A program made the position numbers and the translations under genes. From positions 4,224,001 to 4,288,000 of the forward strand of contig OZ242358.1 in NCBI GenBank assembly GCA_965208835.1: DNA of 64,000 nucleotides, read 5' to 3'. The notes beneath the pieces are model-generated. The model ran no database searches, was not told the origin of the DNA, and worked only from the letters and a program-made list of their open reading frames with translations. Position 1 is the stretch's first letter. The number at the start of each line of letters is the position of its first letter. Below are positions 28,416-38,510 of this stretch, in pieces. Origin of the DNA: Candidatus Latescibacterota bacterium. Lineage in GTDB: Bacteria; Latescibacterota; UBA2968; GCA-2709665.

Positions 28416-29639
28416 ATGCAGTCGATAGATCGGGATCGGTTCCTGGAAGAGGGCTACCTTGTGGTAAAGGAAGCCATTCCCCGGGAAAAGCTGGAGGACG
28501 TCCGTCGGGCCTATGAAGCGCTCGTGAACCGGCAGCGCGAAAACTGGAAGGCCATGCGAAAGGAAGGAGACCCGCCGGGAGGCGAGTGGGAATCCAGCCC
28601 GCAGCCCCGCCTGATGCTCAACCGGCCGCCGCTGGCCAGCGCAATCAGCCGGGAGACGGCGCCCGCCGCGGAGGTGTGGCTCGAGCCGAACATTCACGGC
28701 ATCAGTTCACAGCTTCTGGACGTTGCAGACGCATCGGTCACCGAAATGATGATGATGTGCAATCCGGTTCGGGACCACGGCCCCGCGAAGTGGCATCGCG
28801 ACCACCACCCGATCGACACCGCACCGCTCAAGGGGTACATCGACGACATCCTCGAAGGGGGACCCCGTTACGTTCAGTGGAACATCCCCCTTTACGACGA
28901 CAACGTCCTGTGGGTGATCCCCGGCAGCCACATCCGGTTCAACACGAAAGAGGAAAACGAGTTCCTGCTGGCCGATCCGTGCCAGCCATTGCCGAACGGC
29001 GTCCGGACCCACCTTGAAGGCGGAGACGGCGTTGTCTACATCCTCCCGATACTCCACTGGGGCAGCAACTACAGCCCCAGGTTGAGACGGACCGTTCACG
29101 GCGGATTCTCCACGCATTCGTCGATTGACGATCTTTCATTCGTGGGTCACCTTTCCGCGGGAGCCGCCGCCGCATTCGGGCGATGGAATGACCGGAAGCA
29201 GGAGATGATGAGGTTTTCGGAGGAAGCGCTCAGGGCGGTTGTCGAATGCGACGGGGAGGCGTACATCGAGGCGTTGAACCGGCTCCATCCCCACAGAGGC
29301 GAAAAGGGAAGGCTGCTCTCCACCGTCTTCATGTGCAAAGCGGCCCTGGCGATCCGACTCGCAAGAAACGCCCCGTACCCCGACGTTCCGGACGAACTCT
29401 CCCGCCGGCTTCGGGGCGCACATCCGATTACCCTGAGCTGGGGTCCCGAGTTCGCAAAACGATTCAGCGCATCGGAGGCCGAGACATTGTGGAACCGGTT
29501 CGAACCTCTGGACAGGATGCTCCGGTCGGAGGCGGAGCATTTCGTTCCCGGATTCCAGTCAGGGCCTATGAAATACCACTTCAACGAGATGCCGGAGAAT
29601 TATACGACCTCGGACTTCATTGCAGGATGGACTTCGTAA
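28416..29639 (+). CDS. PhyH family dioxygenase with C-terminal extension
   Basis: FLEEGYLVV, WHRD, WNIPLYDD..LWVIPGSH, ILHWGSNY...RRT. Confidence 0.85.
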   Translation: MQSIDRDRFLEEGYLVVKEAIPREKLEDVRRAYEALVNRQRENWKAMRKEGDPPGGEWESSPQPRLMLNRPPLASAISRETAPAAEVWLEPNIHGISSQLLDVADASVTEMMMMCNPVRDHGPAKWHRDHHPIDTAPLKGYIDDILEGGPRYVQWNIPLYDDNVLWVIPGSHIRFNTKEENEFLLADPCQPLPNGVRTHLEGGDGVVYILPILHWGSNYSPRLRRTVHGGFSTHSSIDDLSFVGHLSAGAAAAFGRWNDRKQEMMRFSEEALRAVVECDGEAYIEALNRLHPHRGEKGRLLSTVFMCKAALAIRLARNAPYPDVPDELSRRLRGAHPITLSWGPEFAKRFSASEAETLWNRFEPLDRMLRSEAEHFVPGFQSGPMKYHFNEMPENYTTSDFIAGWTS

Positions 29640-29865
29640 ACCGGAATAAGGATGCTGCCTGCGGCTCAGGTTCTGACGCTCAGGCATTGTCCGGCGTGGC
29701 AGACTGAAGAGGAGTTGAATGAAGACGTGAGAATCGACGCTACGCCGGAGGAGGTCGCCAGATCGCTATTTAGAGGCGATCCACCGGTTGCGAAATCGGG
29801 CAATGGCGAGCAACCAAAGAGGGAATTCGATTTGTGGCTTGAGGCGCGGAAGGCGTTGGCGGGGC

Positions 29866-30081
29866 TTACTCGGAGACGTCTAAGCGTGCTTCATTTTTGG
29901 CAATTCGTTCGCCGAAGGAATCCAGGCGGGTGTCGATCCGATCCAAGCGGGTTTCGATCTTGTCAAAGCGAGCGTCCATTTTGTCTTCGAGTCTGTTTGT
30001 GAGCGTCCACATGGCACCTATCAGGGTGAACAGGAATACGGCCATGCGGATGTTATCGGCACTAAAGATTTTCCCTATCAT
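29866..30081 (-). CDS. Small membrane-anchored coiled-coil hypothetical protein
   Basis: GGAG RBS; one TM helix followed by heptads (RFDKIETRLDRIDTRLD). Confidence 0.55.
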   Translation of the reverse strand: MIGKIFSADNIRMAVFLFTLIGAMWTLTNRLEDKMDARFDKIETRLDRIDTRLDSFGERIAKNEARLDVSE

Positions 30082-30462
30082 TGCATTCTCCGCCTGTGTC
30101 ATTTACTGGAAAAATATCCAGGCTATCAACACTTGTCAAGCACGAATACAAGACTCGGCTAATTCACGAAATGATGTATCCCTACCACGGCCGGAATTGT
30201 GAGCGTCTGTCGTGCTTTCCGCATTTATCCTGTCTGGCCATGAGTGTTTGGGTTTATGTAGACGAGAGCTAACCTTGATTCGTAAGTCTTCGGGTACGTA
30301 AATTCGAATATATGATTGTAAATAAAGGCGATTAGACGGCTGATTACCAGGATACACCAGGTCACTGGACGTGAAGGAAGAAACGTCCTTCTATACGTCG
30401 ATAACTCCCTGTTTCAGAGGGTTTTATCGCGTCGCCGCGTTGCTGTTTTTTTCGGATTGAGG

Positions 30463-33378
30463 CTAAAACACGAAGATGTCCTTTGGACCGACCTCGCTGA
30501 CGGAACCGTATTTTTCCAGCGCAGCGAGGTCGATTTTGTCTCTGTCACCCACGATGGATATCAGTTTCACCCGGTTCTTCAGGTTTTTGCCGTAGAACGC
30601 CAGCATGTCGTCCATTTCGGCGGCCTGGATTCTCTCGAATCGCGACTTTCGGGGATCCACGGAAACGCCCAGCCGTTCCCAGGAACGCACGGAGCCCAGG
30701 ACCCGCCGGAAGCTGATCTTGTTTGTGCGATATCGGTTCAGAATGGAGGTGCGCGCTTCTTCGAATCGCTCGGGCGTGACCGGCATGTCGTCTATCAGGC
30801 CTATAAACGCTTCAACGGCCTCGATCGTCTTGTCGGGCTGGCAGGCGATGGAACCCGCCAGGGTATTCTGGTCTCCCTTCCGGTTACCATTGAAATATCG
30901 CGCCCACGCCGAGTAGGCCAGCGAGCGCGCTTCCCGCAGTTCCTGGAAGACGATCCCGCTCATCCCCCCGCCGAAATAGCTGTTATAGAGTTCGGTCGCG
31001 GGGACGGACGCCTCGTTGAAATCCTCATCGCCGAATTCTATATAAACGAGGGCCTGCGCAAGCGGCTTGTGGAAGAAGCGAATCTCGGTCCGTTCGGGAG
31101 TCCGAGCCTTGTAGAACTTGTACGGCGGCGGGTCCTCCAGCGAACCCGGGATCCGATGGTGTTTTTTCAGAGCTGCCAGGACCTGTTGTAAAGGAAGAGA
31201 ACCGGTATAGGCGATGGTGTGTTTGTGTTTGAACAGGCCACGGACCAGTCCGTGAAGTTCCTCTACGGCGAGTTCCCGCAGGGCTTCGTTCGGCAACGCG
31301 CGCAGATATCGGGAGTCCTCGCCGTATCGGTTGAACAGAACGACGCCGCCCTGAATGGTGCGGTGGTTCTTTTTCGCGTCTTCGCGTTCTGCCAGGACGA
31401 TCTTCACGAGTTCGTCAAGGGTCGATTTGTCCGCGGACGGGCTGTTGGCAAGTTCCGCCATAAGAGAAAGCGAAGCCTCGATGTTTTCGTCCAGCCCTGA
31501 GATGGTTACGCTGGTTTCGTTGTTGCCCGCCCGCATCGAGAATTCGGTGCCGATTTTGTACCACTCCTTCTTCAGGGCTTCGGCGTCGTGACGTCCGGTA
31601 CCGGACTTGTCGAGCAACCGGGCGGCCATCCCCATCCTGTTGTTCTGGTTGTTGCCCAGGTCTGCGGTGAACGTTAGTGTGAAGAGATCGTTGATGGGGT
31701 TCCGGGAGTAATAGAGCCGGACGCCATCGTGGTAATCGGCAATCTGATAGTCTTTGCCAGGGTCGACGAAGGAGGGTTCGATCTCCTCGACCGGCATCGC
31801 CAGCACGTTGCCGGCAAAAGCCGACTGGCGGGTGGCGTCGATGTTGATCTTGTCGATCCGGGGCTTCTCGATCTTTGGTATTTCGTGCTGTTCATCGACC
31901 CGGTATCCGGCAACGTAATTGTCCGCGAAATACGTCCGCGCGACGCGGACCACGTCGTCTTTGGTGACCCGCTCCAGACGGGCGATCTCATTGACCGTAT
32001 GGTTCCAGTCGTGATACGCCAGAAACGAATTGCGGATCCGGCGCACCCGGGCATTGTCCGACTCCAACTCCCTCTTGTTGTTCTTTTTGAAGTCGGTGAC
32101 GATCGCGGGCAGAATCCAGTCTTCGAAACGCCCGCCCTTTATGATTTCAAGCTGATCGAGCAGTAACTGTTCCACTTCCTCGAGAGTCTGATCCTTCTTT
32201 GGAATGCCCCAGAGAAACTGTGCGCCGCTATCGTTGTACAGCGAGGGATACGATCCCGCCCGCCGGACCTTCTGTTTCTGGTTGAGATTCAGGTTGATCA
32301 GTCCGGCGGTGGCGTTGTCCAGAATCATATCCAGGAGTGTCAGCGCGTCCGCATCCTGATGGCTCCTGGATGCCGTCCTGAACGCCAGAAGCACGTATTC
32401 CTCACCCTGGAACCCGACCTGCACCCGCTCGGCGCCGCTGAGGGGCGCCTCCTTCCAGTCCGGCAACTGCGGAAGAGGCCCGGGCTCCCATGCCGAGAAG
32501 TGCTCGTCGATCAGTTTTATGGTTTCGTCGATCCGGATATCGCCCGATATCGCGATCGCCATATTGTTCGGGACGTAATAGGTGTTGTAGAACCAGTACA
32601 TGTTTTTCAGCGACGGATTCTTCAGGTGTTCCACTTTCCCGATCGTGGTCTGCTGGCCGTAGGGATGCACCTTGTAGAGCCGATCGGCGACGGCGTAGAT
32701 GATTGCCCGGTCCTTGTTGTCCATGGACCGGTTTTTTTCTTCGTAGACGGTCTCGAGTTCCGACTGAAAGAGCCGGAAGACGGCGTTCCTGAAGCGTTCG
32801 GATTCGATTACAGCCCAGTGGCGCAATCTGTTGGCGGGCAGGTTGATTCTGTACACCGTCTCTTCGTGCCAGGTGTGCGCGTTGAGACCGGTGCCGCCCA
32901 TGGCCTTGTAGAGTTTGTCGATTTCATTGGGAATGGCGTATTGGGCGGCAAGCTGGGATTGCTTGTTGATCTCGGCGTAGATGGCTTTCCGCTTTTCAGG
33001 GTCGGTTTCGCTGAAATGCTCCTCGTAGAGACGGGTGATGTTGTCGAGATGCGCTTTTTCCTTTTCGTAATCCAGGGAGCCGATGCTCGTCGTGCCCTTG
33101 AACAGCATGTGTTCCAGGTAGTGCGCCAGGCCGGTGGACTCGGCCGGATCGTGTTTGCTGCCCGCCCGAACGACGATCTCCGCGTAAAACCGGGGTGTCT
33201 GGCGGTTCTCAGTGAGATAGACCGTGAGGCCGTTGTCCAGACGGAAGATATGCACCGCCATCGGATCGTCGGCGCCCGGTTCGCTGATGCGTGTGTATCC
33301 AGCGTATGCGTTAGAGACAATTACGCTCAGAAGAGCGACGAAGAGCAGCGTGGACGACGAGGTTCGCAGCTTGTGCAT
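30463..33378 (-). CDS. M16 family zinc peptidase (insulinase/PqqL-like), exported
   Basis: TGLAHYLEHMLFKGT (HxxEH), NAHTW, YVPNNMAIAISGD, FQELREARSLAYS; signal peptide from MHKLRT. Confidence 0.93.
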   Translation of the reverse strand: MHKLRTSSSTLLFVALLSVIVSNAYAGYTRISEPGADDPMAVHIFRLDNGLTVYLTENRQTPRFYAEIVVRAGSKHDPAESTGLAHYLEHMLFKGTTSIGSLDYEKEKAHLDNITRLYEEHFSETDPEKRKAIYAEINKQSQLAAQYAIPNEIDKLYKAMGGTGLNAHTWHEETVYRINLPANRLRHWAVIESERFRNAVFRLFQSELETVYEEKNRSMDNKDRAIIYAVADRLYKVHPYGQQTTIGKVEHLKNPSLKNMYWFYNTYYVPNNMAIAISGDIRIDETIKLIDEHFSAWEPGPLPQLPDWKEAPLSGAERVQVGFQGEEYVLLAFRTASRSHQDADALTLLDMILDNATAGLINLNLNQKQKVRRAGSYPSLYNDSGAQFLWGIPKKDQTLEEVEQLLLDQLEIIKGGRFEDWILPAIVTDFKKNNKRELESDNARVRRIRNSFLAYHDWNHTVNEIARLERVTKDDVVRVARTYFADNYVAGYRVDEQHEIPKIEKPRIDKINIDATRQSAFAGNVLAMPVEEIEPSFVDPGKDYQIADYHDGVRLYYSRNPINDLFTLTFTADLGNNQNNRMGMAARLLDKSGTGRHDAEALKKEWYKIGTEFSMRAGNNETSVTISGLDENIEASLSLMAELANSPSADKSTLDELVKIVLAEREDAKKNHRTIQGGVVLFNRYGEDSRYLRALPNEALRELAVEELHGLVRGLFKHKHTIAYTGSLPLQQVLAALKKHHRIPGSLEDPPPYKFYKARTPERTEIRFFHKPLAQALVYIEFGDEDFNEASVPATELYNSYFGGGMSGIVFQELREARSLAYSAWARYFNGNRKGDQNTLAGSIACQPDKTIEAVEAFIGLIDDMPVTPERFEEARTSILNRYRTNKISFRRVLGSVRSWERLGVSVDPRKSRFERIQAAEMDDMLAFYGKNLKNRVKLISIVGDRDKIDLAALEKYGSVSEVGPKDIFVF

Positions 33379-33661
33379 GGATGAATCTCCCACTCTTGAC
33401 TCGGTTTGAACGTTTGAAGGTAAATGGACATTTGCCGTGGAGACGGCATGATCGGCGAATAAGCAATATAACAAGAGTGCCGGTCGAATTCAATCCCCTG
33501 CGGCCATTTCAGGTTGGTCAGGTTCCCCGCGACCGGTCGCACCGGACGCGTACAAGGCCCTTTTTCAAACACAAAAACGGCCGGCGTTTTACCGGCCGTC
33601 CCGTGCCACAATCGTAGGCGGTCCGATCTGGAGAACACTGCGCTCCGCACGGATCCGCGAC

Positions 33662-34924
33662 TTACTGAAGTTCGGCGGCCTGCGTTACGACCTTTCGGAA
33701 GGCCTCCGCGTGTTCTCTGATTACTTCCGGGCGATGGTGTTTGAACCACGGAATGGAAAACAGGCGCTCCGACATCCGCTCCGTCTGCGGCAGGCTGCCC
33801 TCGCCCTGACGTACGTCCGCGTCGGAGTGCGCGACTCGGGTGGGTTCGCCGTGGCCGTAGACGTCGGCGTCGTTTAAAACGGGATGCAGGTGCATCAGCA
33901 GATTGGCCCCCGCGCCGCACGAGGTCCCTTCGGCCCGCACCGCCTCGCAGAACTTCTGCAAGGGCAGCCCGCCGAGCTCCTCCGGCACATAGATGCCGTG
34001 CGCCGCGTACCAGCCGCCCATTGTACTGCCGGAGCCCTTCGGAGGCCTGTGGGGACGCAGCCCGGGCGCGCCTTCGAGCAGGTCCCAGAACGCGTTCATC
34101 GCCCTGTCGATTTCTTCCATCCGCTCCCGGTAATGCCTGAGCTGGACCCGCCCCACGGCCGACGACAGCTGGTGCATTCTGTATTTGAACCCGCCCAGAG
34201 GCAGGCCCGCGAACTTCTTCAGCTCCGGGTTTTCGATCTGCCCCGTCCGCTCGTAATGGCCGAATGCAACCGCGCGCTCATAGATCTCCTGGTCGTCTGT
34301 TACCAGCATTCCCGCCTCGCCGATGGCCAGCGACTTTCCGGCCATGCAGGACATCGCGCCCACGTGGCCGATCCCGCCCGTCAAACGACCCTTGTATTCC
34401 GCGCCGTGCGCGTGCGAGACGTCTTCGATGACCTTGATACCCCGGGCGTTGGCGATTTCCATGATTGCATCCATGTCGGTGGGATGACCGAAATAGTGGA
34501 CGGCCACGATCGCCTTCGTCCTGTCCGTAATCTTCCGTTCCACGTCTGCCGGGTCGAGTGTGATCGTATCCGGATCGATATCCGCGTAGACAATGGTCGC
34601 GCCCAGATTCATCGCCTGCAGCACCGACGCCCAGAACGTCATGCTCTGGCAGATGATTTCATCGCCCACGCCCACGCCGCAACCGAACATCGCCGAATGG
34701 ATGGACGACGTGCCCGTGTTGTGCGCGAGCGCGTACTTCGTGCCGAACCAGTCGGCATATTCCTTTTCAAACTTCACCGTGACATCCGTGCCTGACATGG
34801 CCCCGCGCCGCAGCACCTCCAGTGCGGCCTCCTCGTCCTCCCCGGTGATAATCGGCCAGGTGAACATATCTCCCGAATCGGTTTTCACCGCCTTCGATCC
34901 ACCCAGAATCGCCAGCTTGTCCAT
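33662..34924 (-). CDS. DegT/DnrJ/EryC1/StrS PLP aminotransferase
   Basis: MDKLAILGG after GGAGG; VHYFGHP, IEDVSHAHGA, GKSLAIGEAGMLVTD. Confidence 0.92.
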   Translation of the reverse strand: MDKLAILGGSKAVKTDSGDMFTWPIITGEDEEAALEVLRRGAMSGTDVTVKFEKEYADWFGTKYALAHNTGTSSIHSAMFGCGVGVGDEIICQSMTFWASVLQAMNLGATIVYADIDPDTITLDPADVERKITDRTKAIVAVHYFGHPTDMDAIMEIANARGIKVIEDVSHAHGAEYKGRLTGGIGHVGAMSCMAGKSLAIGEAGMLVTDDQEIYERAVAFGHYERTGQIENPELKKFAGLPLGGFKYRMHQLSSAVGRVQLRHYRERMEEIDRAMNAFWDLLEGAPGLRPHRPPKGSGSTMGGWYAAHGIYVPEELGGLPLQKFCEAVRAEGTSCGAGANLLMHLHPVLNDADVYGHGEPTRVAHSDADVRQGEGSLPQTERMSERLFSIPWFKHHRPEVIREHAEAFRKVVTQAAELQ

Positions 34925-35270
34925 CGTCAATCCTCCTGAGGTGCGTTCCACCCCCGCGTTCAGGTCAGTCGCCGGAAAATACAGCAGATGAATCCTTCGA
35001 AACAATGGTCTTAATAGTAAAAAAAAACCGAATCCGCAAGCGAAATATCCGGCAATCCACCTTTCGCGATTGCCCTTGATTTTCAGACGTGAATTAGCCT
35101 CTTTTATACAAAAACCCAAACCGACCAGGATTAAGCAGGATTAGAAACCAGGAGCCAAGATCAAAGCCGACCCTGACCAAGAACCAAGAGCAGGATTATA
35201 CCTGTCCAATATCGTCGTTTCCGGACTATTTATTATCGGCTGACAACCGAACACTGAATTCTGTCTTTCC

Positions 35271-35310
35271 CTTTGTGTCTTTGTGTCTTTGTGTCTTCGT
35301 GTCTCCGTGT
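35271..35310 (+). repeat. 5 x 8-bp tandem repeat (CTTTGTGT, degenerating)
   Basis: ctttgtgt x3, cttcgtgt, ctccgtgt in a divergent intergenic region. Confidence 0.8.
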
Positions 35311-35386
35311 GAGTCGAATCGTGGTCGTTTACTTTCGGCACGGAACACCGGTATCTCTGGACGATTTGAACTTCACATCCTTCACC

Positions 35387-36364
35387 ATGTCTGTTCTCAT
35401 CACTGGCATAACAGGAAGAATCGGCGCCAACCTGGCCGGAACGCTCGTTAACGAGGGACATTCCGTACGAGGCCTGGTCTGGCCTCGAGACCCCCGCATC
35501 GACAAACTGAACGGCCTGGACGTGGAGCTGGTCCACGGCAGCCTCACGGATCCGCGAGACGTCCACGCGGCCGCAAAGGGCGTCAGCACGGTTTACCACC
35601 TCGGCGCGGCCTTTCAGGGCGGCGGACCCTTTTCCGAAACCGAATATTTCGACATCAACGTTCGCGGCACGTTCAACATGCTGGAGGCCGCCAGGGCGCA
35701 GGACATGCCCCCAAGGCTCGTCTTTGCGGGCACCGATGCCATTTACGAAAAGTACGTCCCCGGCGGAATGGCCGAACCGATCCGGGAAGATCGAACCCCC
35801 CGGCACTGCCGCGGATGGTACGCCCTGTCCAAATCGCTGGGCGAAGAGCTCTGCACCGGATACTGGGCCACCTACCAACTGCCGGTCGTTATCATTCGAT
35901 TCTGCATGGTCTTCGGCGCGGGCGAGATTCTGGACTTCCCGCAATTCCGACTGAGCGGATTGAAGGGCCGTTCCGAATTCAAGGGCATGTGGACGGGATC
36001 AGAACGTCTGGTCGTACTCAAAGACCGGGACGGCCGGCCGTACAAGAAACACGTTGCCGACGTGCGGGATATTGTCCAGGGCTGCCGGCTGGCGATGAGC
36101 GCCGAGGGCGTTTCCGGCGAAACCATCCAGCTCGCGGGCCCCGCGCCGTTCACCTGGGATGAAGCCGTCACCTTTCTTTCCGAACGCCTGGGGATCCCGT
36201 ATGTCGAAACGGTCCTGAAGGGCGACCCCACGTTCTACGAATTCGACCTGTCCAAAGCCCGCAGACTGCTGGGTTTCAAACCCAGGTACGATATCCGGCG
36301 GATGATCGACGACGCCCTGGCTTACCGTCGAGGCGGGGACATCGGCGTCCTGCCAACGGACTAG
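35387..36364 (+). CDS. NAD-dependent epimerase/dehydratase
   Basis: VLITGITGRIG, VYHLGA, INVRGTFNMLEA, YALSK. Confidence 0.9.
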   Translation: MSVLITGITGRIGANLAGTLVNEGHSVRGLVWPRDPRIDKLNGLDVELVHGSLTDPRDVHAAAKGVSTVYHLGAAFQGGGPFSETEYFDINVRGTFNMLEAARAQDMPPRLVFAGTDAIYEKYVPGGMAEPIREDRTPRHCRGWYALSKSLGEELCTGYWATYQLPVVIIRFCMVFGAGEILDFPQFRLSGLKGRSEFKGMWTGSERLVVLKDRDGRPYKKHVADVRDIVQGCRLAMSAEGVSGETIQLAGPAPFTWDEAVTFLSERLGIPYVETVLKGDPTFYEFDLSKARRLLGFKPRYDIRRMIDDALAYRRGGDIGVLPTD

Positions 36365-36375
36365 AAGAGGAAGTC

Positions 36376-37125
36376 ATGCCCCCACACCGCTCCTTCTGGC
36401 AAGAAAGCTTCCAGGGGGCCGCAAGTCTCACCTTCGACGACGGCCTCGATACGCAACTCGACAATGCGATTCCCTGCCTGGACGATTGCGGCCTGAAGGG
36501 GACATTCTATGTCAACCCGGGACGGTCGCAAGCCTGGGAATCGCAGATTCCCCGCTGGCAACAGGCCAGCAAAAACGGCCACGAACTGGGGAATCACACC
36601 TCCATGCACCCCTGCTCCTGCAATTTCGGATTCCGCAACGACGGCTTCTGTCTGGAAAACCTCGGGCTGGATGACATCGCACGGACCATCGACGAAGCCA
36701 CTGAAGACCTGAACCGCCTTTTTCCCGAACAGCGCGGGGACCGTACTTTCTGTTACCCCTGTTACCAGACGTACGTCGGCGCCGGCGAGAACCGGCAGTC
36801 CTACGTGCCGCTCGTCGCCCGCCGCTTCAAGGCCGCGAGGGGCTGGGGCGAACGCGCCAATCATCCGGAACGGATCGACCTTGCCTGCACCTGGTCCCTG
36901 GCCGTCGACGGCCATTCCGGGAAAGAGATTGTCGCATACATCGAAAACGCCGTCAATGACGGCCTCTGGGCGGTCGTCTGCATGCACGGCATCGGAGGAC
37001 AGCATCTCTCCATATCTTCAGCGGCACTGAAGGAAGTTGCCCGGTTTCTGGATCGTAACCGGAACCGGATCTGGACCGCCACGATGATCGAGGTTGCCGA
37101 CTATATTATCCGGCAACGTGGCTGA
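36376..37125 (+). CDS. Polysaccharide deacetylase family protein
   Basis: SLTFDDG, GTFYV, HELGNHTSMHP, FCYPC, MHG. Confidence 0.9.
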   Translation: MPPHRSFWQESFQGAASLTFDDGLDTQLDNAIPCLDDCGLKGTFYVNPGRSQAWESQIPRWQQASKNGHELGNHTSMHPCSCNFGFRNDGFCLENLGLDDIARTIDEATEDLNRLFPEQRGDRTFCYPCYQTYVGAGENRQSYVPLVARRFKAARGWGERANHPERIDLACTWSLAVDGHSGKEIVAYIENAVNDGLWAVVCMHGIGGQHLSISSAALKEVARFLDRNRNRIWTATMIEVADYIIRQRG

Positions 37126-37197
37126 AGGCAGCGTTGACGTGACCATCCCCCGCGGGAAGGTTCCGCGGCCGAAGAACCCGATACCCGAGGATTCCGC

Positions 37198-38304
37198 ATG
37201 ATCGTACAGACACATCTCACCGGTTGCCGCAAGGAAGACCTGGACACCCCGGCCCTCCTGGTGGACCTGCCAACGCTGGAACGCAACACCCGGAAAATGG
37301 CAGACATCATCATCCAACAGGCGGGCGTCCAGTGGCGGCCCCACACGAAGGGCATGAAGACGCCGGCGCTCGCACACAGGCTGCTGGAAGCGGGCGCTTT
37401 CGGAATTACCTGCGCCAAACTCGGCGAGGCCGAAGTGATGGCGGCGGGCGGCGTGAGAGATATCCTCATCGCCAACCAGATCGTGGGCCCCCGGAAAATC
37501 GCACGCCTGGTCAACCTGCGCAACCATGCCGACGTCATGGTCTGCGTGGACGACGAGAGCAATATTCGCGAAATCGATCTTGCCGCGTCGGAAAAAGGCG
37601 TCCGCATCCGGGTGCTGATTGAAATCGACGTGGGCATGAACCGCGCGGGCGTTGCGCCTGGCGAACCGGTTCTTTCGCTTGCGCGGACCATCGCCGCCTG
37701 CCCGGGCCTGCAGTTCTCAGGGCTGATGACGTGGGAAGCGCACACGCTGGCCATCAAGGACATCGACGAAAAGCGGAGGCTCATCGAGGAATCCCTGTCC
37801 AGACTCACGGACAGCGCCGAACTGTGCCGGCGCAACGGCTTCCCCGTGGGCATCGTCAGTTGCGGCGGCACAGGCACCTACTGGATCAGCGCGTTCCATC
37901 CAGGCATCACCGAAATCGAAGCCGGCGGCGGCATCTTCGGCGATATCCGGTACCGCACCGTTTTCGGAGTGGCGCATGAATACGCCATGACTGTCCTCTC
38001 CACCGTCACCAGCCGCCCCACGCCTGAACGCATCATCTGCGACGCGGGTAAGAAAACCATGAGCAGCGACGCCTCCGTTCCCGAGCCGATCGGCATCCCG
38101 AACGTCGCCCTCGTGGCCCTCTCCGCCGAGCACGGCAAGATCGAACTGAGTGCGCCCGCTGAGACACCGCGGGTTGGCGAGACCATTGAATTCGTGGCGG
38201 GTTACTCCGACACCACCGTTGTCCTGCACGACGAACTCTATGGAATCCGCGATGGCGTTGTTGAAGCCGTCTGGCCGCTTCCGGCACGCGGCCGCCTGCA
38301 GTGA
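37198..38304 (+). CDS. DSD1 / D-threonine aldolase-like PLP enzyme (alanine racemase fold)
   Basis: LDTPALLVD, WRPHTK, EIDVGMNRAG, GGTGT, CDAGKK, LSAEHG. Confidence 0.9.
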   Translation: MIVQTHLTGCRKEDLDTPALLVDLPTLERNTRKMADIIIQQAGVQWRPHTKGMKTPALAHRLLEAGAFGITCAKLGEAEVMAAGGVRDILIANQIVGPRKIARLVNLRNHADVMVCVDDESNIREIDLAASEKGVRIRVLIEIDVGMNRAGVAPGEPVLSLARTIAACPGLQFSGLMTWEAHTLAIKDIDEKRRLIEESLSRLTDSAELCRRNGFPVGIVSCGGTGTYWISAFHPGITEIEAGGGIFGDIRYRTVFGVAHEYAMTVLSTVTSRPTPERIICDAGKKTMSSDASVPEPIGIPNVALVALSAEHGKIELSAPAETPRVGETIEFVAGYSDTTVVLHDELYGIRDGVVEAVWPLPARGRLQ

Positions 38305-38425
38305 CAGAGCCCGCTTCACGCGGAATGTACCTGCGCCCGAAAGCCGCCGCGACAGGGTCTGAATCCGTCGATCGAAACCTCACATCGCATCGCCGAATCG
38401 ACCTCCGGTTTCGCCCAGTTTTGTA

Positions 38426-38454
38426 TTGACGAATTTTGCATAAATCGTTATCAT
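38426..38454 (+). promoter_or_regulatory. Putative sigma70 promoter of frd operon with overlapping imperfect palindrome
   Basis: TTGACG-17-TATCAT; ACGAATTTTG|CATAAATCGT (8/10 symmetric) at 38429-38448. Confidence 0.5.
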
Positions 38455-38510
38455 AAACGCTCTTTGCGAACGAACCGAACGCGATTCAACCGCGCCTTCA
38501 GGGGACATAA

